A DNA stretch of 64,000 nucleotides from an uncultured Chloroflexia bacterium (GTDB lineage: Bacteria; Chloroflexota; Chloroflexia; Thermomicrobiales; Thermomicrobiaceae), in NCBI GenBank assembly GCA_963822235.1, contig CAWGGU010000008.1, forward strand, positions 411,364 through 475,363. Reading direction: 5' to 3'. The translations under genes were made by a program, and so were the position numbers. Below are positions 49,443-59,191 of this stretch, in pieces (position 1 is the stretch's first letter; each line of letters opens with the position of its first letter). The notes beneath the pieces are model-generated. The model ran no database searches. It was not told the DNA's origin and saw only the letters and a program-made list of their open reading frames with translations.

Positions 49443-51485
49443 ATGGAACGCGCGGATCTTACCGCTGTCGCGGGGAATACCTTTATCGTGTCGGACTCGA
49501 TGGGAAACATCGATCCCACGGAACAGCAAGGGATATTCGCGGCGGACACCCGTTTTCTCTCCCAATTCGAGCTCCGGCTTGGTGATCACGGCATGATCTT
49601 GCTGCGGTCAGGTCCGTCGGGGTTCTCCGAAAGCCAGATTTACCTCACGAACGTTGGCTCTGACGGTATATTGCCGCAAGACATCGAGTTGATTCGGCGG
49701 CGTCAGTTGCGGCGGACGGGGTTGACCGAGACGATCGAAATCAACAATCGCGGCATGAATCGAGTCGAGTTTCCTCTCCAACTTCAGTTTGACACCGACT
49801 TTGCCGACATCTTTGAGGTCCGCGCAGTCGCTCCTCATCACCACCCGTCGAACACCCAGCTCGAAACGGAGCTCGGCGGCATCACTTTCATCGATACCCG
49901 TCGCGAAAATCAGCGCCAGACCCAGATACATTTCTCGGCGAATCCGGATCAGCAAGAGGATGCTCGTGTCAGTTTCAACCTGGCGCTGGATCCACATCAA
50001 CGTTGGACGCTTGAGATTGACGTGAAATGGATCGTTCCTACGCTCGAGTCGCGGAAACCAATACCAATCGCCGAGGACATCGGACACCAGTCCGTCCTGC
50101 AATGGATACAAGCAATTCCAACGCTTGCCACCGAGAACCAGGACCTCGAGCGGGCGTACATGCGGGCGGTGCGTGACCTTGGGGCGCTCGAGATCGCGCT
50201 CAACACCGGATATCCGATCCCGGCCGCTGGTCTTCCCTGGTATCTCGCAATTTTCGGCCGTGACTCCATAATCGCGAGCCTGCAAACGTTGATTCTGGAT
50301 CAGCGACATGCCCGCGGGACGTTGAGAACCCTGAGCGCCTATCAGGCGCACGACAATGAACCGTTTCGCGACGCGGAACCCGGGAAGATCGCTCATGAGA
50401 TCCGTTTCGGCGAGCTAGCGATTTCCGAGAAGCTGCCGCATTCGCGCTACTACGGCTCGGTCGATGCGACGCCGTTGTGGCTGATCCTGTTCGGTGAATA
50501 TTTACGATGGACGATTGACATTTCGCTGTTGAAGGATCTGTTGCCAGCTGCTGAACTGGCGCTGGCCTGGATCGACCAATATGGTGATCTGGACGGAGAC
50601 GGATTCATCGAGTATTCCCGACGCTCGATGAGCGGATTGCAGAATCAGGGGTGGAAGGACTCGTGGGACAGCGTTCGATTCGCTGATGGGCGTATTGCCG
50701 AGGGCCCGATCGCGTTGGTCGAGGTTCAGGGATACGTCTATGCGGCGCGCTTAGCCATGGCTGGTGTCTACGACACGCTCGGTCGCGTTCGTGACGCATC
50801 AGAACAGCGCGCCAAAGCCCTGGCGATGAAGACTGCCGTTCAAAGCTCGTTCTGGATGCCGGACGAAGGCTACTTCGCAATGGCGCTTGACGGGCAGAAA
50901 CGCCAGGTCAACGGAATCACCTCGAATGCGGGCCACTTGCTCTGGGCTGGGCTTCCGGATGCTGACAAGGCAAGTCAAGTCGTCGAACGGTTGATGGCGC
51001 CGGAATTGTTTTCCGGTTGGGGCATCCGCACGCTGTCGAGCTCGATGAAAGCATTCAGTCCAATCAGCTATCACAACGGGAGTGTCTGGCCACACGACAA
51101 TGGCCTGATCATCGCCGGAATGCATCGCTACGGACACAACGACGCGGTCCGACGAGGCATCGAAGTCCTCATCGATGCCTCACAGCGGTTCTCCCTCAAC
51201 CGTCTTCCAGAGCTATTCTGCGGCTACGACCGAGAAAGTACGCCGTTCCCGGTCAATTATCCGGTCGCCTGCTCTCCCCAGGCCTGGGCCTCAGGCTGCA
51301 TTGTGCAGATGTCGCAAATCCTACTGGGTCTTCAAGTGAGAGACGATCATCTTGAAGCCGACCCGATCTCGGACTGGGTTACAGGCATGAACGGTGTGCT
51401 GTTTCGCGGCGAGCGTTTCAATGTCGACGGTCAGGCCGTGACGAAGACGTCGTCACACGACGTGGCATCGGTTCCACCATATTAA
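49443..51485 (+). CDS. glycogen-debranching-enzyme-like protein (GDE N-terminal domain + amylo-alpha-1,6-glucosidase six-hairpin domain)
   Basis: The N-terminus NTFIVSDSMGNI...GIFAADTRFLS is followed by GWKDSWDS and SYHNGSVWPHDN motifs. Confidence 0.8.
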   Translation: MERADLTAVAGNTFIVSDSMGNIDPTEQQGIFAADTRFLSQFELRLGDHGMILLRSGPSGFSESQIYLTNVGSDGILPQDIELIRRRQLRRTGLTETIEINNRGMNRVEFPLQLQFDTDFADIFEVRAVAPHHHPSNTQLETELGGITFIDTRRENQRQTQIHFSANPDQQEDARVSFNLALDPHQRWTLEIDVKWIVPTLESRKPIPIAEDIGHQSVLQWIQAIPTLATENQDLERAYMRAVRDLGALEIALNTGYPIPAAGLPWYLAIFGRDSIIASLQTLILDQRHARGTLRTLSAYQAHDNEPFRDAEPGKIAHEIRFGELAISEKLPHSRYYGSVDATPLWLILFGEYLRWTIDISLLKDLLPAAELALAWIDQYGDLDGDGFIEYSRRSMSGLQNQGWKDSWDSVRFADGRIAEGPIALVEVQGYVYAARLAMAGVYDTLGRVRDASEQRAKALAMKTAVQSSFWMPDEGYFAMALDGQKRQVNGITSNAGHLLWAGLPDADKASQVVERLMAPELFSGWGIRTLSSSMKAFSPISYHNGSVWPHDNGLIIAGMHRYGHNDAVRRGIEVLIDASQRFSLNRLPELFCGYDRESTPFPVNYPVACSPQAWASGCIVQMSQILLGLQVRDDHLEADPISDWVTGMNGVLFRGERFNVDGQAVTKTSSHDVASVPPY

Positions 51486-51608
51486 TTCCCCGGCACCGAG
51501 CTTCGAAGTGCGCTGCATTCGTGACGATCCGGAGCCGCGACTGACGCGTGATGGCCAGCAAACTGCGATCAACGCCTGACCGGTGTCGTTCCAAGCAAGG
51601 AGCTGCCG

Positions 51609-51929
51609 ATGTCATCGTTCGATCAACGTCCGACTATCCACGATGATCTGCGACGCATCCGGTCCGATATGGAAGAGCTCCAGGGGCTCGTCAGCCTGCT
51701 GGCAGATGAGCCAGCAGAGGTGAGAGACATCTGGCACTGGCAGTGTGACAGCCTGATGGCATGGGTCGACGTTCTTTGCAAGCAACGCCGCGACGGGCTG
51801 TTTACCCAGGAGCAGGAAGAGGAATTCGCCGTCGTCTCTCGGCTCATCACGGACAGCAGAACGTTGATAGAGCAGCTCGGATGTCGGATTCCGATCGAGT
51901 TTGGCGAGGACGCATACGCGAGCGGATAA
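51609..51929 (+). CDS. acidic hypothetical protein (106 aa)
   Basis: AAGGAG Shine-Dalgarno 6 nt upstream of the ATG. No recognisable motif. Confidence 0.5.
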   Translation: MSSFDQRPTIHDDLRRIRSDMEELQGLVSLLADEPAEVRDIWHWQCDSLMAWVDVLCKQRRDGLFTQEQEEEFAVVSRLITDSRTLIEQLGCRIPIEFGEDAYASG

Positions 51930-51980
51930 CGCCCCCGCATTCGAATCGCGCCGGGCGGCAATCACGAGTCAGTCTCGTGC

Positions 51981-53072
51981 CTACCGCGCTTCTCGAACAA
52001 CTGCTTCGGACAGTAACGTAATCTCGCTGCTCATCGGCATAGTGCGGGGTTGCGCAATCTGTCGGTATGCCATCTCATAACCGGTCGCCATCGTATCCGG
52101 CGTGAAGAAGCGCTCCGCGCGCGCACGGCAGGCAGCCCGATCGATCGCTCCAATCTGTTCCACCGCGTCAATCATGTCGTGAACTCGCCGGCACAGGAAC
52201 CCAGTTTCCCCATCCACCACGATCTCTGGAACAGACCCGACCGGCGTCGCGATGACGGGCGTGCCTGTCGCCATTGCTTCCACCATGGTCAGTCCGAATG
52301 GCTCCGGCCAGTCGACCGGGAAGAGATACGCATAGGCACCGCCCATCAACTCGTCTTTTTCGTGCTCGTTCACTTCACCGACATATTCAATGAGCGAACT
52401 GCTTTCGATGAGACCCTTGATCGCGTGTTCGTAATATTGGTGGTCTTTGCCGTCGACTTTGGCCGCGATGATCAGACGCATACCAATTTCGCGAGCGATC
52501 TCAATCGCTCGGTCAGGGCGTTTTTCCGGACAGATTCTCCCGACAAAGAGGAGATAGTCACCCGGTTCGGCGCGATAGTGGAAGTTGGCGATCTCGATAC
52601 CGTTGTACACGTTGCCAACCCAGTTGACGTCGGGGATCGGGTCACGTTGCGCGTTGCTTATCGACACGTACGGTTGTTCTCGAAATGCTCGGAACACGCG
52701 TCGAATCTCCGGAAGGTCAAGTCGTCCGTGGGTCGTGGTTATGGTCGGCGTGGCGACGAGCTGGGCGCTCGGCAGCGCGAAGTAGTCAATGTGATTATGA
52801 ATGACGTCAAAATCGTCGGCCCGACTATAGACTTTTCCCAACTGTGTTGCCGTATATGTGTACAGATCGAGATCTCGTGCGTCGAGGCGAAGCGCTCGCT
52901 CACAACACGGGACCAGTTCCGCCTGTGTGACCGAATCCCCGCTGGCAAAGAGCGTCACGTGATGACCGCGGTTGACGAGTGTTTCGGTTAGGACTGACAC
53001 TACTCGCTCGGTCCCTCCGTAGAGCGGCGGTGGCACTGCTTCCATGAGCGGAGCGATCATCGCAATGCGCAT
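51981..53072 (-). CDS. GT4-family glycosyltransferase
   Basis: Starts MRIAMIAPLMEAVPPPLYGGTERVV and contains EPFGLTMVEAMATGTPVIAT (the GT-B EX7E region). GGGAGG Shine-Dalgarno before the ATG at 53072. Confidence 0.85.
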   Translation of the reverse strand: MRIAMIAPLMEAVPPPLYGGTERVVSVLTETLVNRGHHVTLFASGDSVTQAELVPCCERALRLDARDLDLYTYTATQLGKVYSRADDFDVIHNHIDYFALPSAQLVATPTITTTHGRLDLPEIRRVFRAFREQPYVSISNAQRDPIPDVNWVGNVYNGIEIANFHYRAEPGDYLLFVGRICPEKRPDRAIEIAREIGMRLIIAAKVDGKDHQYYEHAIKGLIESSSLIEYVGEVNEHEKDELMGGAYAYLFPVDWPEPFGLTMVEAMATGTPVIATPVGSVPEIVVDGETGFLCRRVHDMIDAVEQIGAIDRAACRARAERFFTPDTMATGYEMAYRQIAQPRTMPMSSEITLLSEAVVREAR

Positions 53073-53332
53073 AGTCTTACCTCCCAGACTTTTCGAATGA
53101 AGGTGCGAACGGGCCCAACCGGTCGTATTACCGGCAGGCCCGGATTCCTGAAGCACGTCGAATCTACGGTATCTGAGTCCAGAGTTTATACATCGCACAA
53201 CCGCCGTTCGATCGCCTTGCTTGCATGCGAATGCGTCCGTGCTCGGAGGTGCGTAACGCAATCTCCTCGCCACGCCGAACGGGCCCGTTCTGAAGGCGTT
53301 CGCGGATCGTTCAAATGGCTGACGAGGGCGAA

Positions 53333-54430
53333 TCAATTCAGGGTCGTGGAGATCTCCTCGGCCGTCTGACGCGCGCTGCGACCGACGCCGATGATCGTGG
53401 CGGAGGCGTAGCCGGTCCACTCGCCGTAACCGACGAGCCAGAGCAACGGCTCACGGATCGATCGCGTACCCTCTACCTCGATTTCGCCGTTGGCTTCGAG
53501 CACGCCGAGCCCGCGCAAATGGTCGAGCGCCGGTCGAAACCCAGTGCACCAAATCACCGCGTCGAAGCGCTCTTCGTGTCCGTCCGGCCAGACCGCCCCA
53601 TGCGCCGTCAAGCGATCGAACGGCCGCACGCTCTTGAGCACCCCGCGCTGACGAGCATCGCGAACTGGCGCCACCATCACGATGTCACCCAGACCGCCCT
53701 GCGGCACATCGGGCGGCACCGGTCGTCCCTCGATGGCGGCGAAATAGCGAGCAGTAGCCCATTCGAAAAGGTCGCGCCCGTCGACGTCGTCCGGCAGATA
53801 CGTTGGTTCGTGCCGCGTGACCCAGACCGTCTCCGCCACTTCAGAGACTTCGGCCAAGATTTGTGCTGCCGAGTTGGCGCCTCCGACGATGAGTATGCGC
53901 TTCCCGCGAAACGGCTCGGGGCCGGCGTAGCGTGCCGAATGGATCTGCGTGCCTGCGAAGCACTCGATGCCTGGGTAATCGGGGATGAACGGATGGCTCC
54001 ACGTGCCGGTGGCGCTGACCACCGCCCGTGAGGCCCAGACACCGTGATCGGTCTCCAGGAGAAGGCGATCATACGAGCGCCGCACGTTGCTCACCTTTAC
54101 CGGGCGCCGAAGCGGCAGTTGATAGCGTTCTTCGTAGGCGAGCAAATAATTGAGGAGGTCATCGCGTGGTGGATAGCTGTCCGGACCGCCGGGCATGATC
54201 CAGCCGGGGAGTGAGCACCAGCGAGCGGGCGAGAAGAGGCGCAGCGAGGGCCAGGCGTGCTGCCACGCGCCGCCTGACGTGGCTTGCGCGTCGAGTATCT
54301 CGAATGTGAGTCCGGTCCGCCGCAGGTAATAGCCGGTCGCCAGTCCCGACTGCCCGCCACCGATCACCACGACGTCGATTTGCCGTTCGTCCAGTTCTGC
54401 GCTCCAACAATCTTTCGTGGCGACCCCCAA
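53333..54430 (-). CDS. NAD(P)H-dependent flavin-containing monooxygenase, ArsO-like
   Basis: Has [41 protein letters not shown] and a second Rossmann [12 protein letters not shown]. The start is uncertain (TTG 54430). Confidence 0.75.
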   Translation of the reverse strand: MGVATKDCWSAELDERQIDVVVIGGGQSGLATGYYLRRTGLTFEILDAQATSGGAWQHAWPSLRLFSPARWCSLPGWIMPGGPDSYPPRDDLLNYLLAYEERYQLPLRRPVKVSNVRRSYDRLLLETDHGVWASRAVVSATGTWSHPFIPDYPGIECFAGTQIHSARYAGPEPFRGKRILIVGGANSAAQILAEVSEVAETVWVTRHEPTYLPDDVDGRDLFEWATARYFAAIEGRPVPPDVPQGGLGDIVMVAPVRDARQRGVLKSVRPFDRLTAHGAVWPDGHEERFDAVIWCTGFRPALDHLRGLGVLEANGEIEVEGTRSIREPLLWLVGYGEWTGYASATIIGVGRSARQTAEEISTTLN

Positions 54431-54463
54431 AGGGAAACACGAGTCCGTGAGACATATTCCGCG

Positions 54464-55177
54464 TTACGCCACGATCTCCATGCGCAGCCCGCGTTCATCG
54501 ACGGCTGGATCAGCTTCAGGCAGGACCAACTCTTTGCCGGTCACGACGTTGCGCGCGGCAAGGAGGCAGGCTAGCGCGTCGAGCAGATCGTCAGTAGGGA
54601 GGTTTCCTCGGCCGAGCTGGTCTCGAATGCCGTCAACGTCAATGGGGCCGAGCCGTCGTTCAAGCAGCGTACGACGTTCGTGCCGACCAGCAGAGCGCTT
54701 TTTGTTGGTCAGCAATCCACGTCCTTTGCCATTCAAGCGCGCGAAGACGACCTCCGGGTGACACTCCCGCACGAAGCGCTGTCTTTCCGGGGTCATGGCG
54801 CGATCAACCGCCCGAATCTTATGCAGGATGTGAAACGACTGCTGGGAGATCTTCCTGCCGCAGGCGGCGAAGTTGAGCGCGCACGCCGACGCGTAGCTCT
54901 CCGCATCGAGCGCCGCTCGACATGGTGCCGGGAAGACGCTGCTGCCGCGCGGTGCGCCCAGGTAGCGACGTGCGGCCAGATCGCAGGCGCGCGGCTCTGA
55001 CTCGGCCAATCCGATCGGGATGTCGACCATCACGAGATCGCCACACGCCGCCGCTCGCTCGATCACTTCGCCGATCTGCGCGGTCTCGATGATTGCGTAC
55101 AAGACGTCCCGCAACATCTCGTCGCTGCTGGCAATGACCCAACCTCGAGGACACCCGTCGATGCCGTGGAGCTTCAT
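54464..55177 (-). CDS. DUF429-family protein (predicted RNase H-like fold)
   Basis: Has the MKLHGIDGCPRGWV N-terminus and a C-terminal DDLLDALACLLAA, both typical of DUF429. It starts 7 nt after the amidase stop. Confidence 0.65.
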   Translation of the reverse strand: MKLHGIDGCPRGWVIASSDEMLRDVLYAIIETAQIGEVIERAAACGDLVMVDIPIGLAESEPRACDLAARRYLGAPRGSSVFPAPCRAALDAESYASACALNFAACGRKISQQSFHILHKIRAVDRAMTPERQRFVRECHPEVVFARLNGKGRGLLTNKKRSAGRHERRTLLERRLGPIDVDGIRDQLGRGNLPTDDLLDALACLLAARNVVTGKELVLPEADPAVDERGLRMEIVA

Positions 55178-55184
55178 GGGTTGC

Positions 55185-56708
55185 TCAAAGCGGCAGCGTC
55201 GGCAGAAAGCGCGGAGCTCGGCGCGCTTTGGTTCCCTGCTCGAAGGCATATGCCAGACGAATCAACGTCGGCTCGCTGAAGGCTCGGCCGATGAAGCTCA
55301 GTCCGACTGGAAGCCCAAACGCATATCCAGCGGGGACAGTCACGATCGGGTAGCCAGCCATGGCTGATGGAGAAGAGCTCGCGCCCCGAAAACTATCTCC
55401 GTTGACCAGGTCGATCGGCCAGGCTGGGGCACCGGTCGCGGCGATCAACGCGTCAAGATTGAACTGGTCCATCACCGCATCGATGCCCTCTTGGCGCGAC
55501 ATGCGGTGACTGGTCTCGAGCGCCGTGAGGTATTCCTGCTCGGTGAGGGGACCCTTCTCCTGCGCCGTCAGGAAATGCTCCTGGCCGAAGAACGGCATCT
55601 CGCGGTCGGCGTGCTCCTCGTTGAACCGAATCACGTCGGCCATCGTCCTGACGGGAGCATTGGGCCCAAGCGTCGCAAGATAGGCGTTCAGGTCCGCCTT
55701 GAATTCGTAGTGAAGTACCAATCCCTCGACGTCTCGCTTGCGTAGCTCCTCGGCGGTGGGGATGTCGGCCGGATCGATGATGATTGCACCGAGGTCTTTC
55801 AACGCGGCGATGGCCTGTTCCGTGATGGCGTCCGTCTCCGGACTGTACCCGGAAAAGACCTTGCGCAATACGCCGACGCGCGCTCCACGCAAGCCGCCCT
55901 CGTCGAGGAATTGCCGATAATCGCTGTGGGATTGGCCGGCGCTGGCGGCCGTAGCGTCGTCTCGTGGATCGACTCCGGTGAGCGCGCCGAGAATAACGGC
56001 GGCGTCCGCGACGCAGCGGGCCATCGGTCCGACGGTGTCCTGGCTGTGCGAAATCGGGATGACGCCCGCACGGCTCGTCAGTCCGACCGTCGGCTTGATA
56101 CCGACGAGTCCACTGGAATTCGACGGGCTGACGATCGAGCCGTCGGTCTCGGTTCCCAGAGCCGCGGCGACCAAATTGGCGGACGTAGCTGCTCCGGATC
56201 CAGAACTCGAACCGCTCGGGCTGCGATCCAGCGCATAGGGATTCTTGCACTGTCCGCCTCGCCCGCTCCAGCCGCTCGAAGAGTGCGTTGAACGAAAATT
56301 GGCCCATTCACTCAGATTGGCTTTGCCGATGATGATGGCACCAGCCTGTCGCAGCTGTGCCGCCACCGTGGCGTCTTGCAGCGGGTGCGATCCCTCGAGT
56401 GCCAGCGAACCGGCCGTCGTCGTCATGCGGTCGGCAGTGTCGATGTTGTCCTTGACGAGAATGGGGATGCCGTGGAGCGGGCCGCGTGGTCCCTGGCGGC
56501 GCATCTCTTCGTCGAGCTGCTCTGCGATCTGCATGGCGTCCGGATTGGTCTCGATGATCGATCGTAGTTCCGGACCGTTGCGATCGATCGCGTCGATACG
56601 CTCCAGATAGCCGGACAGGAGAGCCTGAGCGCTCAGCTCGCCGCGATCCAGCAGGTCACGCATCTGCGCGATGGTCATTTCTTCGAGTTCCTGGTGAGGC
56701 GTACTCAT
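55185..56708 (-). CDS. amidase-signature (AS) family amidohydrolase
   Basis: Has KDNIDT (catalytic Lys region) and the Gly/Ser-rich SPSGSSSGSGAATS signature. GGGAAGGA Shine-Dalgarno before the ATG at 56708. Confidence 0.85.
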   Translation of the reverse strand: MSTPHQELEEMTIAQMRDLLDRGELSAQALLSGYLERIDAIDRNGPELRSIIETNPDAMQIAEQLDEEMRRQGPRGPLHGIPILVKDNIDTADRMTTTAGSLALEGSHPLQDATVAAQLRQAGAIIIGKANLSEWANFRSTHSSSGWSGRGGQCKNPYALDRSPSGSSSGSGAATSANLVAAALGTETDGSIVSPSNSSGLVGIKPTVGLTSRAGVIPISHSQDTVGPMARCVADAAVILGALTGVDPRDDATAASAGQSHSDYRQFLDEGGLRGARVGVLRKVFSGYSPETDAITEQAIAALKDLGAIIIDPADIPTAEELRKRDVEGLVLHYEFKADLNAYLATLGPNAPVRTMADVIRFNEEHADREMPFFGQEHFLTAQEKGPLTEQEYLTALETSHRMSRQEGIDAVMDQFNLDALIAATGAPAWPIDLVNGDSFRGASSSPSAMAGYPIVTVPAGYAFGLPVGLSFIGRAFSEPTLIRLAYAFEQGTKARRAPRFLPTLPL

Positions 56709-56964
56709 CTGGCCAATCCTTCCCGAAACGCTATCGCCCTGAGTTTCCATTCTAAATACCTGGTTGGAGCACGAGATTCTATACGCGTTCGTTGGACCGC
56801 CTGTCAATCGTGGCAGACAGCGAGCGGGCTCGGTGCTATCTTGAGCGGGCAGTGACAGCGGCTCAGACTTGCGCGATGCGATTCAACGAAACGCGCGTTG
56901 GTTTGTGGCGCGGTTGCGAATCGATCGCATCATCGTGTGCGATATTCAATGAGGGAGTCTCTAC

Positions 56965-57534
56965 ATGGGGATGGCTGACGATTATCTGTCGCAGATCACG
57001 TCGATGTCCAGTTTTGTCGAGGGACAGGTGGCGGATACGCCGGATGACCTATTGAACAAGCGTCCGGGACCGTCTCTCAATCCGGTCGCCTTCAGCTATT
57101 TTCACTTGTTGCGGGTGTGGGATCTGGACCTGAACTGGATCATCAAGGGGCAAGGCCCGCAAGGTGACGCCTGGCACCGCGGAGGGTTTTCCGAAAAGGC
57201 CGGTTACAACCCGGACGGCAAGGGAATGCGCGGACTTGGAATCGGCACGGGCTTCACCGACGACGACGTCGATGAGATGAACATCTCACGCGACGTCTTG
57301 CTCGAGTATCAGCATCAGCTTCTGGCCGAGACCGAAGACTATCTGGGAAGTGCGGACGACGCCGAGCTGAATCGGGAGGTCGCCCCGCTGCCCAACGCAC
57401 CGGATCGTCCTGCTACCTGCGCGCAACGTCTGCAACACACGATCAGCCATTCATGGAGCCACACTGGTGAGCTGCGCTACGCCAAGGGCATGCTCGGTTT
57501 CCACGATCCGAGCTATCCCGGAGCAAGCGACTGA
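56965..57534 (+). CDS. DinB-family protein
   Basis: Four-helix-bundle pattern with a His triad (FHLLRV..., HTISHSWSHTGEL). GAGGGAG Shine-Dalgarno. Confidence 0.65.
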   Translation: MGMADDYLSQITSMSSFVEGQVADTPDDLLNKRPGPSLNPVAFSYFHLLRVWDLDLNWIIKGQGPQGDAWHRGGFSEKAGYNPDGKGMRGLGIGTGFTDDDVDEMNISRDVLLEYQHQLLAETEDYLGSADDAELNREVAPLPNAPDRPATCAQRLQHTISHSWSHTGELRYAKGMLGFHDPSYPGASD

Positions 57535-57563
57535 CGTTCGCCGAGCCCTGAATTGAGCAGTCG

Positions 57564-57591
57564 ACGGGTGGAGGATTCTCCACCCGTTTTT
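57564..57591 (+). terminator. rho-independent terminator after the DinB gene
   Basis: ACGGGTGGAG-GATT-CTCCACCCGT followed by TTTTT. Confidence 0.75.
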
Positions 57592-57622
57592 CGCTTCCCA
57601 AATTGGATCAATGAAAGTGAGG

Positions 57623-58162
57623 CTACGCGACGGCCCGATAGAACGGATCTCCGGCGGCAATGGCGCGCTTGACCGCCTGCATGGCCTTGCCGATCGGCAG
57701 ACCGGCGAACGGAGCGACGACGTTGGCTTGCCAGGGCTCGAACGCGGCACGAACGGCGTGCTGGTACTCTTTGCCGCCGAGCGTGATGATCGGATCGAAT
57801 TCCATCAGACGCTGCTGTTCGACCTGCACACGCAGCGTGTCGACGTCGACTGGTGACGGATTCTTGCGCTTGAACGTGACGTTGTACGGACCAGGAATCA
57901 TGAAACCAGGCGCGATGAAGCCGTACTTGGCGCTGAGCACCACCCAGCGGTCCGCGAAGCGCTCGGCATAGGCTCGGTTGATCCCGAATGGGCCGCCGCT
58001 GTACGCCGAGCGTGCCTCGACGGCCCCGGCACCCGGATGTTTGGCCCAAATCTTGGCTTGACCGCACGGCACGATGACGAGAGATTGTCCCACGGGCCTT
58101 AACCTTCCATAATGACATGGTTCGGATGCGGTGGTTTTGACGGCAACAGGTTTATCGTTCAT
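57623..58162 (-). CDS. DUF6884-like protein, function unknown
   Basis: Has VIVPCGQAKIW and WVVLSAKYGFIAPGFMIPGPYNVTF, matching the recalled xSCsxxK ... ILSAKYGL..P...I.PYD.T pattern. GGGAG Shine-Dalgarno before the ATG at 58162. Confidence 0.55.
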   Translation of the reverse strand: MNDKPVAVKTTASEPCHYGRLRPVGQSLVIVPCGQAKIWAKHPGAGAVEARSAYSGGPFGINRAYAERFADRWVVLSAKYGFIAPGFMIPGPYNVTFKRKNPSPVDVDTLRVQVEQQRLMEFDPIITLGGKEYQHAVRAAFEPWQANVVAPFAGLPIGKAMQAVKRAIAAGDPFYRAVA

Positions 58163-58298
58163 CGCTCCCAGGTTGTCCAGTAGCGCCGACTGCTGACCCG
58201 AACCATGTCGACCGCCCAGTGGACAGTGTTGGCGGCTCGACACGTGCGAGATTGGTCGTTGCCTGTCGAGTTGGGCGACGGGTGAGTTGAGGTGAGTC

Positions 58299-59141
58299 GT
58301 GCTCAAGTACGTGATGCTGATTATTGGTATTTGCGTGATGGTTCCGGTCGCCTTGATTGCCCTGGTGCTTTCTCTGCCGTTCCTCCCGGTGATCGTGGTG
58401 GGATGGTTGCTCTATCGACTCTTTCGCGCCCGAGTCGTCAGATTCTCACCTATGTTCGCGGAGGAAATCGCTATGCCGTCGTTGCGACCGCGCCACCTCA
58501 GCCTCGCCGTCGCTCCATCGCTCCTGTTGGCAGTTCTTGCGGCCAGCGTCATCCAGATTGGACGTCATGGGTTCGACTGGTCGGTCGACCGTTGGTTCCT
58601 GGTTGCCTTCGTCGCACTGCCGTTGGTCTGGTGGATCCAGTACCAGATCATCAGCTGGCATCGACGTCGCACACTGGGCGTGACTACCAAGGGCGTGCGC
58701 CAGCATGACCTCTATCGGCTGTTCGAGATCGAGCGTGCCAATGATGCGGACGAACGCCGAGTCCTCATCGCCCGCGAGCTCAACCGGCTGACGCGTGAAG
58801 CGCTGCGACCGGATCCGGGTCTGCGCGCGACCTGGCCGCCCGCGGCCGAGCTCATCTCGCTGCGGGATCAGGCGCGCTTGCTGCGGTCAAGCCTGAACGA
58901 TCCGGCAACGTCCGCCTTTGGCTCGGTCGATCAGCCAGACGTTCCAACCGCTCGAGCGCTTCGAGCGGGCATCGACACGCTGGAAACCTATGTGAGTTCC
59001 TTCGTTCGCCTGCGACTCATCGGGAGAGAGGACCTGGAGCAGATGCGCGTTCTGGTTCGAGATCAGAGTCAGCTACGAGCCATGCAGGACGGCATCGTCG
59101 AACAGATTCAGCACACGAATCCTTTGCCGATTGCCGGCTGA
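58299..59141 (+). CDS. membrane protein with cytoplasmic helical C-terminal domain, function unknown
   Basis: Four hydrophobic segments lie in the first ~125 aa, followed by an Arg/Leu-rich helical region. GTG start after GAGGTGAG. Confidence 0.55.
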   Translation: MLKYVMLIIGICVMVPVALIALVLSLPFLPVIVVGWLLYRLFRARVVRFSPMFAEEIAMPSLRPRHLSLAVAPSLLLAVLAASVIQIGRHGFDWSVDRWFLVAFVALPLVWWIQYQIISWHRRRTLGVTTKGVRQHDLYRLFEIERANDADERRVLIARELNRLTREALRPDPGLRATWPPAAELISLRDQARLLRSSLNDPATSAFGSVDQPDVPTARALRAGIDTLETYVSSFVRLRLIGREDLEQMRVLVRDQSQLRAMQDGIVEQIQHTNPLPIAG

Positions 59142-59191
59142 GGCGCAGGAATCAGTAGATTGCATAGCGTGAGGAGCGGGTTGACCAACGC

